Assembly: GCA_963767555.1 (NCBI GenBank)
Contig: CAVYEL010000032.1
Location: 25,485-89,484 of the forward strand
From: an uncultured Bacteroidaceae bacterium
GTDB lineage: Bacteria; Bacteroidota; Bacteroidia; Bacteroidales; SM23-62
Direction: 5' to 3'
Length of the DNA: 64,000 nt
The notes under the pieces are model-generated. The model was not told where the DNA came from. It ran no database searches and saw only the letters and a list, made by a program, of their open reading frames with translations. A program made the translations under genes and the position numbers. Shown here one piece after another: positions 21,792 to 32,848 of the stretch. Position 1 is the stretch's first letter. Each line of letters opens with the position of its first letter.

Positions 21792-23056
21792 ATGAAACAG
21801 AAAAGCAACATCGATAGGCGTAGTTTCCTGAAAAAAAGTGCATTTGCAGCTGCAGCATTTACGATCGTTCCTCGACACGTTCTCGGGGGAGCAGGCTATA
21901 TAGCGCCTTCTGATGAACTCACGAAAGCCATCATAGGCTGTGGCGGTATCTGCAACGGCAATCATCTGAGAAGGGAAGGACGGCTCGTTGCACTATGTGA
22001 TGTAGACAAACAACGGCTTGACAGCACCCTTGCCAAGGTGGATAGCAGCGTGAAAGCTTATCACGATTTTCGTGAACTTTTGCAACAATCTGATATTGAT
22101 ATCGTGCATATTGCCACACCTCCCCACTGGCATGGTATAATGTCAAAGATGGCTGCTGAGGCAGGTAAGGATATCTGGTGCGAAAAACCTATGACACGTA
22201 CCATCGGAGAAGGAAAAAGTAGTTGATGCCGTAAACAGGAAAGGAAGGATGTTCCGCCTTAATACCTGGTTCAGGTTCAAAGACCAGTTCTATGGACTGG
22301 GAACAACCGTTGAACCATTGAAAAAAATTATTGACAGCGGCGTTCTTGGATGGCCCTTAAGTTTACAGTCAGCGGCATTACAGGATATAACTGGAAATTT
22401 TACTGGAGTGGTGAGCATAATCTGCAGCCCCATGCCCGTGCCCGAAAACCTGGACTATAATATGTGGCTGGGGCCTGCTCCCTACAAGCCCTATAACCCG
22501 GAAAGGGTTCATTCCAATTTCAGGGGCTACTGGGATTATGATGGTGGAGGACTGGCGGATATGGGTCAACATTACCTGGATCCGGTTCAGTATATGCTGG
22601 GGAAAGACAATACATCCCCGGTAAGTAGATATTGATGCTCCCCAGCAACATCCTGATGCAGTGGGTTCATGGAGAAGAATAGAATATACTTATGAAGACG
22701 GATGTAAAATAATACTTGACGGAGAGAATAAGGATACAGATGCAGCCTATATTGAAGGGCCGGATCGGAAAAGTATTCAAGGACTTCAGATCCACAATTC
22801 CCGATATCCAGAAACTGGTAGCGGCACTTCCCGATCCTGAACCCAGAATAATCCTTCCCTGAGTCGGTAAGAACAGAGAAGAAGTTTGCCCTGAACGAGA
22901 AAAATGGACACAGGTCATGTACAATTGTAAATCATGGGTAATCGCAGTGAGACTGGGACGCACACTTAAGTTTGACCCGGTAGTCAGGGATTTATTGATG
23001 ATGAAGGGGCAAATGCGCTTATTAACCAACCTATGAGAGGCCCATGGCAAATCTGA
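21792..23056 (+). pseudogene. Tat-signal Gfo/Idh/MocA-family oxidoreductase, at least 6 frame disruptions
   Basis: Contains RRSFLKKSAFAAAAF (twin-arginine) and a Rossmann/EKP motif (WCEKPM). Homology can be followed through all three frames: ..TIGEGK|VVDAVNRKGRMFRLNTW..|VDIDAPQQHPDAVGSW..IEGPD|GKVFKDFRSTIPDIQKLVAALPDPEP|ESVRTEKKFALNEKNGHRSCTIVNHG|IAVRLGRTLKFDPVVRD|FIDDEGANALINQPMRGPWQI*. Confidence 0.8.
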
Positions 23057-23064
23057 TTGTCCAA

Positions 23065-24024
23065 ATGAAAATCCTCAAAAATCTTCAAAAAGGAGGGCTG
23101 ATATTTCTTATTATATTGGCAGCATCCTGTTCCCAGCATAAGATGGTCCGGTTTGGCATTTGTGCGGATGTACATAAGGATGTCATGCATGATGCGGACC
23201 AGAGGCTTCAGGCATTCGTCGGCGAAATGAATGAAAACGATGTTGATTTTATTATCGAACTGGGGGATTTCACACAGCCACAGGATTATAATGCTTCTTT
23301 TTTGAACATCTGGAATTCCTTTGAAGGCTCCTCTTTCCATGTACTGGGGAACCATGATATGGATAATGATACAGGTGACAGGTACCCGAAGGATCATACC
23401 GTCAGTTACCTGGATATGCCCGGCCGGTATTATTCATTTGATATGGAAGGATTCCATTTCATAGTGCTGGACGGGAATGATCCAAAAGATCCACCTCAAA
23501 GCGGGTATGCAAGGTATATCGGGAAAAAACAACTTGAATGGCTGAAGCAGGATCTGTCCCGGACTGAAACACCGGTGATTGTTTTTTCTCACCAGAGTAT
23601 TGAAGATCCAGGAGGAGTGGAAAATGCGTCTGATGTCAGGAAAATTCTTGAAGAAGCAAAGCTTAAATCCGGTAAGAAAAAAGTGATTGCCTGTTTTAGC
23701 GGGCATCACCATATTGATTATGCCACGTCTATCAACGGGATCAATTACATTCAGATCAACAGCATGTCGTATTATTGGATGGGGGGTGATTACCTGCAGG
23801 TAAGGTACAGCACGGAGATCGATGAGAAATATCCCTACATCAAGTACACTGCTCCATATAAGGATCCTTTATTTGCACTGGTAGAGGTTGATACCAGGGG
23901 GAGGATCCGGATCATTGGACGCGAAAGCAGCTGGGTAGGTCCTGATCCATGGGAACTGGGTTATCCTGAGGAGAACAGGGAAAAAACAGGGCCATGGATC
24001 ACGAGCCGGGAACTTGAATATTAA
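23065..24024 (+). CDS. calcineurin-like metallophosphoesterase (lipoprotein)
   Basis: Lipobox LAASCS. Motifs GICADVH, ELGDFTQ, GNHDMD, VFSHQ and GHHH. The ORF track starts at 23044, but the ATG at 23065 follows the upstream gene's stop. Confidence 0.8.
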   Translation: MKILKNLQKGGLIFLIILAASCSQHKMVRFGICADVHKDVMHDADQRLQAFVGEMNENDVDFIIELGDFTQPQDYNASFLNIWNSFEGSSFHVLGNHDMDNDTGDRYPKDHTVSYLDMPGRYYSFDMEGFHFIVLDGNDPKDPPQSGYARYIGKKQLEWLKQDLSRTETPVIVFSHQSIEDPGGVENASDVRKILEEAKLKSGKKKVIACFSGHHHIDYATSINGINYIQINSMSYYWMGGDYLQVRYSTEIDEKYPYIKYTAPYKDPLFALVEVDTRGRIRIIGRESSWVGPDPWELGYPEENREKTGPWITSRELEY

Positions 24025-24063
24025 TTACTATCAAAACATTAAACCTATTTTAAATCTATTATA

Positions 24064-27000
24064 ATGAGACAGTTTCGAATATTATCCCTCCTGGTTCTGT
24101 ATATGCTAAGCCATATGGCAGTTGCCCAGGATGTAAGGACACTGGAAACAAAAATTGCTGACCTGCTTGTCCAGATGCCTGTTAGTGATCCGGAGCACCG
24201 GGACAGGCTGGCAGAAGAAACATATAACCTGGGGGAGGAGGGACTTACACAAATTTGTTCCCTGGTGGTTCCTCCGGGAAGGGGGGATGATACCCAGGCA
24301 CGATTTGCCATTGAAAGCCTTTCCAAATATTTAAGCGGGAATGTGCCCACCAGTAAATCTGAAGAATGGGAGAAAGTAAACATAGCATTTGCTACAAAAA
24401 GCAGCGACCAGCAGGTACAGGCTTTTTTCATGAACCAGTTACAATGGATAGGGAGCAATGCGACCATTGAGGCACTTACTCCTTACATTGCTGATGAATT
24501 TTTGTGTTATCCCGCCATTTCAGCAATGAAACAGGCTGACCCGGTAAAAGCTGGAGAGGTATTCACTTCGGTTCTCGGCTCATTATCCGGTGGTCCTGAA
24601 ATTGAAACTGTAAAGGCTCTGGGTGTGCTAAAGGTGAACGGTGCTGCCAGTTTGCTGGCGGAAATGTTAGTGCAGGATATGGATACATATTTGCAGCAAG
24701 ATATACTAAAGGCACTGGCTTCTATCGGGAATCCGGAATCATACAAGGTCTTATCAGGTGCTGCAAAATCTGTGAAATTTTTGCCTGAACCAACGGCTGC
24801 CACCATGGCGTTGCTGGAGTATGCAGAGGAGCTTGGCAGCTATGGGAATACTGCATTGAGCAATAAGATATGCCAGGGACTGATGAAGAAATGCAAATCT
24901 GGATCCCAGGTCCATTTTAAATCCTATGCCCTGCAAATTTATGCGGACAATGCCGGGATAGATGTTGCCTTGCCGGTACTGGTCAGGGCCATGAAAGATG
25001 AGTTTAAAGATTACCGCATGAGTGCTATTAACTATGCGGTAGAGAAATCCAGTCCTGCCGGTCCATGGATAAGTGAACTGGAGAAAACGACCGATCCCCT
25101 GATCAAGACCGAGATTTTATTCCTGCTTTCTTCCCTGAAGGAAACATCGGCTGTACCAGCCATTGTTACGCATATGGATAGCCCGGATGCCGGTGTACGA
25201 TGCGAAGCAGTCAGCGCACTTGCTTCCATTGAAGGATCTGCGGCAACAGGCAAAATTGTTGACCATATGCTGAAATATGCAGCAGAACCTGATCTGGGTG
25301 CTGCCAAAACAGCACTTCTGTCCTCGACCAGTACGGAAGAAATTAAACCCTTTGTAGAAAACATATCCGGGGCCCCGGATCCCGTCAAAGTTGTGTTGCT
25401 TGAAATACTCGGAGCGAAAGGGAGCCCCGATTTCTTTGATGTACTTATGGAATATTCCAGGAACGAAAATGGAGAAGTGAGTTATTCAGCCCTTAAAGGT
25501 TTGAAAAACGTGGTAACTGAAGAAAATCTTGATGTCCTGCTTGATTTCCTGGGTGAGGACCAAAACCTGCAATCAACTGCTGAACTCCAGCAGGCCATCA
25601 TTACTTCTGTGAATATGGCTGAGGATAAAGGTATATATATAGACAAAGTACTTTCCTCTATGGAAAATGCTGAGAATAAAATAGATTATATCCCTGTTCT
25701 TTCCGGTATAGGTGGAGACAAGAGCCTGAGGACTGTAAAATATACATACGATAACAGCCAGGGTGAAACAAAAGACCTTGCGCTGCAAGCCCTTGTCAGG
25801 TGGACTGATGGTACAGCCATTCCATACCTGTTTGATATAAACAATACTACCGGTTCTGAGGCTTCCTTAACCGGGTATGTCAACCAGGTCATAAAATCAG
25901 GGCATACCCCAGACCAGAAGATATTGCTGCTCAGGAAAATAATGCCACTGGCAGGGGACAGTGATCAGAAAAACAGAATTATCTCTGCCTGTGGTGATAT
26001 TAAGACATTTCTGAGTTTAATGTTTGTATCAGGCTATTTCTCTGAGGATAAGCTCCGTGAAAGTGCAGTCAATGCTGCGGTCAGGATCGCCCTGCCAAGC
26101 CCGGGAAATGATGACGGGCTATATGGTGATAACGTAAGGAATATCCTGTCAAAAGCAAAAGATCTAATTGCCGGACCTGAAAGTCCCTATATTAAGATCG
26201 ATATAGAGACCTATCTGAAGACCATGCCCGATGATCCTGGTTTTGTCCCCATGTTCAACGGGAAGGACCTCAGCGGATGGCAGGGGCTTGTAGAGGATCC
26301 CATATCCCGTGCAAAAATGAGCAAAATCAGAGCTTGCCGACAAACAGGATAAAGCGGATAAATTGATGTATCAGAACTGGAACGTCGAAGATGGGATACT
26401 GATCTTCAGGGGAAGCGGTTATGATAATATCTGCTCGATCAAAGAGTATCGGAACTTTGAGATGATACTGGACTGGAAAATTTTGAAGAACGGGGATAGC
26501 GGGATCTACCTACGCGGATCACCCCAGGTACAGATATGGGATGCCTCACGGGTTGATGCCGGTTCAAGTGTGGGTTCCGGGGGACTCTTTAACAATCAGG
26601 AAAATGAGAGTAAACCCCTGGTGGTAGCAGATAATTTCCCTCCCGAATGGAATACTTTCCGGATCACCATGATGGGTGAGCGTGTAAGTGTCTACCTGAA
26701 CGGAATCCTGGTTGTTGACAATGTTATCCTGGAAAATTATTGGGACAGGAGCATGCCGATCTTTCCATCCGGACCGATAGAACTGCAGGCACATGGAAAC
26801 GATTGCGCTTTCCGTGATGTTTATGTCAGGGAGATCCAGGGTGCAGAATTAAGACCCGAGGAAAAAGCGGAAGGGTTTGTATTGCTGTTCAATGGCGAGA
26901 ACCTGGATGGCTGGATAGGAAACAAGACAAACCATGTTGTAGAGGATGGTACCATTGCCATCCGCCCTGAACTTGGTGGCCGCGGTAACCTGTATACAGA

Positions 27001-27448
27001 AAAGGAGTACACAAATTTTAATCTCCGCATTGATTTCAAACTGACCCCTGGTGCCAATAACGGACTGGGTATCCGTACCCCGCCTGAAGGAGATGCTGCC
27101 TATAGTGGGATGGAATTCCAGGTGCTTGATAATACAGCCGAGGTCTACGCAAACCTGGAGCCTTACCAGTACCATGGATCCGTGTACGGCGTTATCCCTG
27201 CCAGGAGGGGATTCCTTAAACCGGTAGGAGAATGGAATGAACAGGAGGTGATCGTAGATGGAACAAAGATCAAGATTTTCCTTAATGGTACGGTCATTGT
27301 CGATGGAGACATTGCCAGTTCCATACTGAATGGCACCCTGGATGGGAAAGATCACCCGGGACTTAAAAGAAAGACCGGGCATATTGGGTTTTTGGGCCAT
27401 GGATCTGAACTCTGGTACCGGAATATAAGGATCAAGGAACTTGATTAG
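24064..27448 (+). CDS. large secreted HEAT-repeat protein fused to two DUF1080 (3-keto-disaccharide hydrolase-like) domains; one frameshift at A4 tract 26323-26326
   Basis: Signal peptide, then about 700 aa of HEAT-like helical repeats. DUF1080 hallmarks follow (FVPMFNGKDLSGW, GDSGIYLRG, ELQAHGNDCAFRDVYVREI, then LLFNGENLDGW, GHIGFLGHGSELWYRNIRIKEL). The two ORFs join as ..RAKMSK|SELADKQDKADKLMYQNW.. Confidence 0.7.
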
Positions 27449-27464
27449 AACAAAACGTCATACT

Positions 27465-28495
27465 ATGAAAAATCTGCGTTTATTTTGGGTGATCATAATC
27501 ATGCTGCAGCCTGTTTTATTCCTGAAGGCCCAGGATCTGCCCGCGAAAATGGATGACAATGAACGAGCTGTTCAAATCCAGGAGTTAAAATTCGGAATGT
27601 TCATCTGCTGGTCTTTCAGTACATTTTCCGGCAGGGAATGGACCCCTACACTTGACAAGGATGCTTCATATTTTAAAGCTACTGGTTGCGATACTGACCA
27701 GTGGTGCAAAGTCGCTAAGGATGCCGGAATGAACTACATTCTCTTCCTGACCAAACATCACGATGGTTTCTGTCTGTGGGATACAAAGACCACCGATAAA
27801 AAAGTGACAAATAGCCCCCTGGCAACAGACGTCCTGGCGCAACTCAGGAAATCCTGTGATAAGTACGGATGAAGTTAGCGATGTATTTTTCAGAAGGGGA
27901 CTGGAACTGGGCGGGTGCCGTTGACGGGCAAAACTGGAAGGCCGGAGTAAGTAAGAATCCTGAAATGAAAAAAGCCCAGCTAAAGGAGCTATGTACGCAA
28001 TACGGACCTATAGAATTCTTCTGGATGGATCATGCGATTGGGGATGGGGGACTCAGACACGAGGAGACAGCTGAATGGATACATCAATTCCAGCCTGATT
28101 GTTTTATAGGATTTAACCATGGAGAACCGGCAGGCCGGCTATGCCTGAGAGAGATGGGTCAACCCGGACATATTGGGGATGCAAGCACAAGCAAGTACAA
28201 TAAGGAAGCGGAAGCCAGCTACCAGGGCTATCTGGTTGCTGAATTTACCTATCCCATTCTGCCTGAACATGAGGGAGGAGCCATGTGGTTTTATTCGCTT
28301 CCAAAACACGATAATCTTTGCAAACCGGCAGAAGATCTTTACAGGGATTATCTGGGGGCGGTTAAATATGGTAATATTTTCTCCATTGATGTGGGTCCCA
28401 ATTACGAAGGGAAGATCAGGGAGATTGATGCACAAACACTTCGTAAGGTTGGAAAATATATCAGGAATGATAAGCCTTTGTCGGTAACTGATTAG
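27465..28495 (+). CDS. alpha-L-fucosidase (GH29), one frameshift at about 27865
   Basis: Signal peptide, KFGMFICWSFSTFSG and LTKHHDGFCLWDT. The second ORF continues MKLAMYFSEGDW..FWMDH. The junction ..CDKYG|MKLAMYF needs a 1-nt correction. Confidence 0.8.
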
Positions 28496-28515
28496 CATGG
28501 AAAATTCTTAACGGT

Positions 28516-31287
28516 ATGAAGCGATTGCAGCAATGGTTTCTGGCTATTCTTGTATCCATACCCCTGCTGGCCTCAGCACTGGGACAACAGGAAATGAATA
28601 CGTATATTTCCACCGGGCATGCCAGGGAAACCTATGCTGATAAAATTGGACATGACGTCTTCTATATATTTCCCGAAACCCGGGAGGATCCAATAAGATG
28701 GTATGATTCATTAAAAGTATGCTGGCTGGAGAATGATCCTTCAGGGGATCCTGTCATTGTAGATGCCCGGCCGGGAGAATATCTCGTGTACCAGATAGGA
28801 GTCTGGGCACTTAAAAATACCCTCGAAGATCTGGAAATAAACTTTTCAGACCTGGTTGGAAATAACGGATTGACCATTGCATCAGGGCAAATGACCTGCT
28901 TTAATAAAGGGGGAATCGACGGCCAGGGTTTGCCATTCTCTAAAAAGGTGAGGGTGTTGCAGGACCGCATACAGGCATTGTGGATGGGAATTGACCTCGC
29001 CACTATTGGCAAAGGGACCTATGAAGGGACTGTCTCTATAGTAGCAGACGGCATGGTTCAATCCATTCCCATACAGCTGGAGGTTGGTGGAGACATGGTC
29101 CATAACCACGGATTCGATGAAGGCAGTCGCCTTTCCCGGATGACCTGGCTGAATAATACTGTGGGAATAGATAGCCATATTACCCGGGGATTTGAACCTG
29201 TACAGCGTGAAGGACATCAAATTGAGATACTGGGGCGTTCTGTGGATATTGCCCCAACCGGACTTCCGGCCATGGTCACAAGCTATTTTGAACCTTCCAA
29301 TCAGTTCCTGCAGGCTGAAGGAGAGCCCCTTTTAAAGCAGGCTTTCCGCTTTATCATTGAATCTGAGAACGGAGAGATCATTCATTTAAAACCTGGAAAT
29401 ATAGCTTATACCAGCCATGGCCCTTCCGGAATTTCCTGGACGGTCCGAAGTTCATCCCGGGAATGTGAGTTGATCTGCCAGGGTGAAATGGAATATGACG
29501 GATTTGCGGATTTCAAGCTCACATTAAGTTCAAAAAAGACCATCAATGTCAAAGATATCCGCCTCGAAATTCCTATGAATAAGGACAAGGCCGCTTACAT
29601 GATGGGCCTGGGCCATGAAGGGGGACAGAGGATAGCCGATTGGAAATGGAAGTGGGATACCACCAAAAACCAGGACATGCTATGGCTTGGTGATGTAAAC
29701 GGGGGATTAAGGATCAAATGGAAGGACGAAAACTACAGGCGGCCCCTGATCAACATATATTATGCTTTCGGTCCCCTGCAGTCCCCACGATCCTGGGGCA
29801 ACAAAGGCAAAGGCGGCGTAAATATCCAGGAGGTGGAAGATACTGTCCTGGTCAAAACATATTCAGGCCAGCGTGAATTGAAAGCCGGGGAGGTCTTGCA
29901 TTTTGATTTCGAGCTATTGGTCACCCCGTTCAAAACCGTAGACAGAAGTATAAAGTACGGAGACCGGTATTACCATGGGGGAGATGCAAAAGGGGCGTCC
30001 CGGAAATTGATCGCCGCGGGGGAAAATGGTGCTAACATTCTCAATATACATCATGCAGAAGATCTCTATCCATTTATCAATTATCCATACCTGGATGAAA
30101 ATTCTGCAGAGATCAGGCAACTTGTTGAGAATGCACATAAACAGGATATTAAGTTGAAATTGTATTATACCACCCGTGAACTAACTAAGAACCTGCCTGA
30201 ATTCTGGGCCTTTAATAGTCTGAATGGGGAATTGATATATCCCGGTCCCGGAAATGAATGCCACACCATAATAAATAAGGATGGTCCGGCAGAATGGCTG
30301 AAGAAGAATCTGCGTGAGAATTATATTCCTGCCTGGCATAACGTAATCAAAGAGGGTAAATTCAAGGGGGAGCTTGATCTGTCAGTAATCACGACACCGG
30401 ACAGCCGACTGAATAATTTTTATATTGGGGGACTGAACTGGATGGTGAGAAATTATGAAATTGACGGGGTATATATTGATGATTCGGCGCTCGACAGAAT
30501 CACCTTACGCAGAGCCCGGAAAATTATCGATCAGTATCGGCCTGAGGGAAGAATGGACCTTCACAGCTGGAACCACTACAACGAGTGGGCGGGCTATACA
30601 AATTGCCTGAACCTGTATATGGACCTGCTTCCCTATTTCGACCTTGTCTGGATTGGTGAAGGGCGGGATTATGACCGTATGCCTGACCATTGGCTGATCG
30701 AAGTGTCAGGGATCCCATTTGGATTGCCAGGGCAGATGCTGCAGGATGGGGGGAACCCATGGAGAGGGATGGTATATGGCATTACCAACAGGGCAGGATG
30801 GTCAGGCGATCCAACAGAGATATGGAAGTTCTGGGATCAGTATCGAATAAGCGATAAATACATGACCGGATACTGGGACGAGGATATTCCGGTGAAAGCA
30901 GACAATAAACTGGTGAAAGCAACTTTTTATGAGGGCCTGGAGGAACATATAATTGCCGTCGCCAATTGGGACGAACAGGACCAGCCATGTTCACTGGAGA
31001 TAAACTGGAATAAGCTGGGTATTGAAAGATCAGCATGCAAATTTTTAATACCATTCATTCCCGGATTTCAGGATCAACAATTACCAACTACAGTGAATGA
31101 GTTAATAATTCCAGGGAAAAAAGGTTTTCTGATCGTGCTCAAAAAAAAAGCCTGGAAGAAATTAGCCTGGACTGGAGAAGGACTAGGTGTGAAATATCTC
31201 TTCCATCTCAGCCCACCACTCACCATCTGCCCGGGTATCAAGAGGCTTCATACAAGGTTTGCAGACATCCCACCAGCGCTGGGTTGA
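28516..31287 (+). CDS. DUF4091/GH123-like glycoside hydrolase domain protein; 3' end as drawn is probably a read-through after the A9 tract (31141-31149)
   Basis: 923-aa ORF with a signal peptide and a TIM-barrel-like region (NILNIHHAEDLYPFINYPY, YYTTRELT, DGVYIDDSA). The last roughly 105 nt overlap convergent rhaM. With one A fewer the frame stops at about 31165 (..VLKKKPGRN*). Confidence 0.6.
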   Translation: MKRLQQWFLAILVSIPLLASALGQQEMNTYISTGHARETYADKIGHDVFYIFPETREDPIRWYDSLKVCWLENDPSGDPVIVDARPGEYLVYQIGVWALKNTLEDLEINFSDLVGNNGLTIASGQMTCFNKGGIDGQGLPFSKKVRVLQDRIQALWMGIDLATIGKGTYEGTVSIVADGMVQSIPIQLEVGGDMVHNHGFDEGSRLSRMTWLNNTVGIDSHITRGFEPVQREGHQIEILGRSVDIAPTGLPAMVTSYFEPSNQFLQAEGEPLLKQAFRFIIESENGEIIHLKPGNIAYTSHGPSGISWTVRSSSRECELICQGEMEYDGFADFKLTLSSKKTINVKDIRLEIPMNKDKAAYMMGLGHEGGQRIADWKWKWDTTKNQDMLWLGDVNGGLRIKWKDENYRRPLINIYYAFGPLQSPRSWGNKGKGGVNIQEVEDTVLVKTYSGQRELKAGEVLHFDFELLVTPFKTVDRSIKYGDRYYHGGDAKGASRKLIAAGENGANILNIHHAEDLYPFINYPYLDENSAEIRQLVENAHKQDIKLKLYYTTRELTKNLPEFWAFNSLNGELIYPGPGNECHTIINKDGPAEWLKKNLRENYIPAWHNVIKEGKFKGELDLSVITTPDSRLNNFYIGGLNWMVRNYEIDGVYIDDSALDRITLRRARKIIDQYRPEGRMDLHSWNHYNEWAGYTNCLNLYMDLLPYFDLVWIGEGRDYDRMPDHWLIEVSGIPFGLPGQMLQDGGNPWRGMVYGITNRAGWSGDPTEIWKFWDQYRISDKYMTGYWDEDIPVKADNKLVKATFYEGLEEHIIAVANWDEQDQPCSLEINWNKLGIERSACKFLIPFIPGFQDQQLPTTVNELIIPGKKGFLIVLKKKAWKKLAWTGEGLGVKYLFHLSPPLTICPGIKRLHTRFADIPPALG

Positions 31288-31503
31288 CGGATCTTTACCC
31301 ATTTGTTCCATATCGTACTCAAAATCATCACCAGTATACTCAAAGTAGGAGAATAACAATTCATCTTTAATAAATATTGAATAATTCTGGAGGTTACAAT
31401 TTTTAATCATCTCCAATACATCCGGCCATGTCTCTGCATGCAGTTTTTTGTATTCAGCTATCCTGTCGGGTTTAATACCGCAAACCATGCCAAAACGTTT
31501 CAT
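31183..31503 (-). CDS. rhaM: L-rhamnose mutarotase
   Basis: 106 aa, colinear with the YiiL/RhaM pattern (KPDRIAEYKKLHAETWPDVLEMIKNCNLQNYSIF..QRWW..EMEEIFH). Confidence 0.8.
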   Translation of the reverse strand: MKRFGMVCGIKPDRIAEYKKLHAETWPDVLEMIKNCNLQNYSIFIKDELLFSYFEYTGDDFEYDMEQMGKDPSTQRWWDVCKPCMKPLDTRADGEWWAEMEEIFHT

Positions 31504-31520
31504 CTGTATATGTCTGTATT

Positions 31521-32690
31521 TTAAATTGTTATATCAAATTCACCGAGATCAAGCGGGTAATCCCCATATTCCCGTACCAGTTTTACTATATAATCATAGG
31601 TTTTTCCGGAGACATCGCTGCTGACCGAATGATCAGACTGAAAGATATATCCTCCCCCTTTGGCAGCATTCAGTTTCCTTAATACTTCCCGGCGGATCAG
31701 GTCCCTGTCCCCCGTTTCCCAAACCTGAATGTTACTGTTTCCGCAATAACCGAGATCATGACCATATTCCCTCCGCAAGTCTATAACATCCAGGCTTGCC
31801 TTAGCTTCTAGTGGATTGTAGGCATCCAATCCGAATTCTATGAAATCTCCTAGTATGAATTCCACATTTCCACACCCATGGTAGATAACGGGCAGTCCAT
31901 GCTGGTGACAGTATTCTGTCATGGCTTTCACCCATGGCTTGAAGTACATACGCCAGTATTCCGGGTCAAAGAACATATTCCGGGAATAGGCAACATCACC
32001 CCATATAACCATACCGTCAAGCAAACCATCTGCTGCCTTGATCTCTGCTTTCAGGCAATCAAGGTAGAACTGTCCAATGCGGTTAATGGCCTCTCCGAAC
32101 CGGTCAGGGTACATGGCTGTCCATAGCAGGTAATTTTCCTGTCCTACCAGCCTGGTAAGGCACTCGGAACATTCTATCATACTTCCATATACAGGGAAGT
32201 CCGGCCGGAGCTTTTTTACGGTTTCTAACCAGGCCGGAGAATTTCGCTGAAAACCATCACCCACACCGGCAATCTGGTTATCTCCCCCCTCGAAATACCG
32301 GGCAGGGGAATTAGCATCCTCAAATTCGAATCCTTCCAGTTTTTCAATGGTATCAACTTCCCAATTCAAAAATTCAGGCATGGGGAAATCGAATTTCTTT
32401 CTGATGGTAGCTCCAAAGCCGGTTTTTACAATGACTTCTATTTCATCCTCCTTAATGGTCTCAAAAGACATCATCCTGGGATCCATATTGGGAGTGGTGA
32501 CCATCCAGTCAAGATCATAATGATAATAGGGATCAGCATCCCCGGGCAGGTCCATCTCATCTCTCCATCTCTCGATGAAACTGCCCCAGAAGAAATCGCT
32601 GATGGGAATACGGTCAGGCTCTTCATGCCTGAGGGATCGGTTCATCCTCTCCAGTTTCATCAAACAGTTTTGGCTTCTTTCCAAGGTCAC
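31521..32690 (-). CDS. uroporphyrinogen decarboxylase (URO-D/MtaA-like) family protein
   Basis: 389 aa with a URO-D-fold pattern: RIPISDFFWG, VIYHGCGN, AYNPLEAKA, and a C-terminal IFQSDHS. Confidence 0.65.
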   Translation of the reverse strand: MTLERSQNCLMKLERMNRSLRHEEPDRIPISDFFWGSFIERWRDEMDLPGDADPYYHYDLDWMVTTPNMDPRMMSFETIKEDEIEVIVKTGFGATIRKKFDFPMPEFLNWEVDTIEKLEGFEFEDANSPARYFEGGDNQIAGVGDGFQRNSPAWLETVKKLRPDFPVYGSMIECSECLTRLVGQENYLLWTAMYPDRFGEAINRIGQFYLDCLKAEIKAADGLLDGMVIWGDVAYSRNMFFDPEYWRMYFKPWVKAMTEYCHQHGLPVIYHGCGNVEFILGDFIEFGLDAYNPLEAKASLDVIDLRREYGHDLGYCGNSNIQVWETGDRDLIRREVLRKLNAAKGGGYIFQSDHSVSSDVSGKTYDYIVKLVREYGDYPLDLGEFDITI

Positions 32691-32764
32691 AAAGTTTTCG
32701 TCAGTCAGAACATGTCAGGTCCGGATATAGTAAAGATAGAAAGAATTCACAGAGCCTGGTTATA

Positions 32765-32801
32765 ATTGTAAAAGGCTGTCCCGGTATAATACGGAACAGC
32801 C
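32765..32801 (-). terminator. candidate rho-independent terminator of the thioredoxin-like gene
   Basis: On the minus strand, GGCTGTTCCG-loop-CGGGACAGCC (9/10 bp) is followed by TTTTAC. It lies about 50 nt past the stop at 32849. Confidence 0.4.
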
Positions 32802-32848
32802 CTTCAAACAAAACACAAATTAAATTGCCTTAAAGGGTTGGCATTTAA

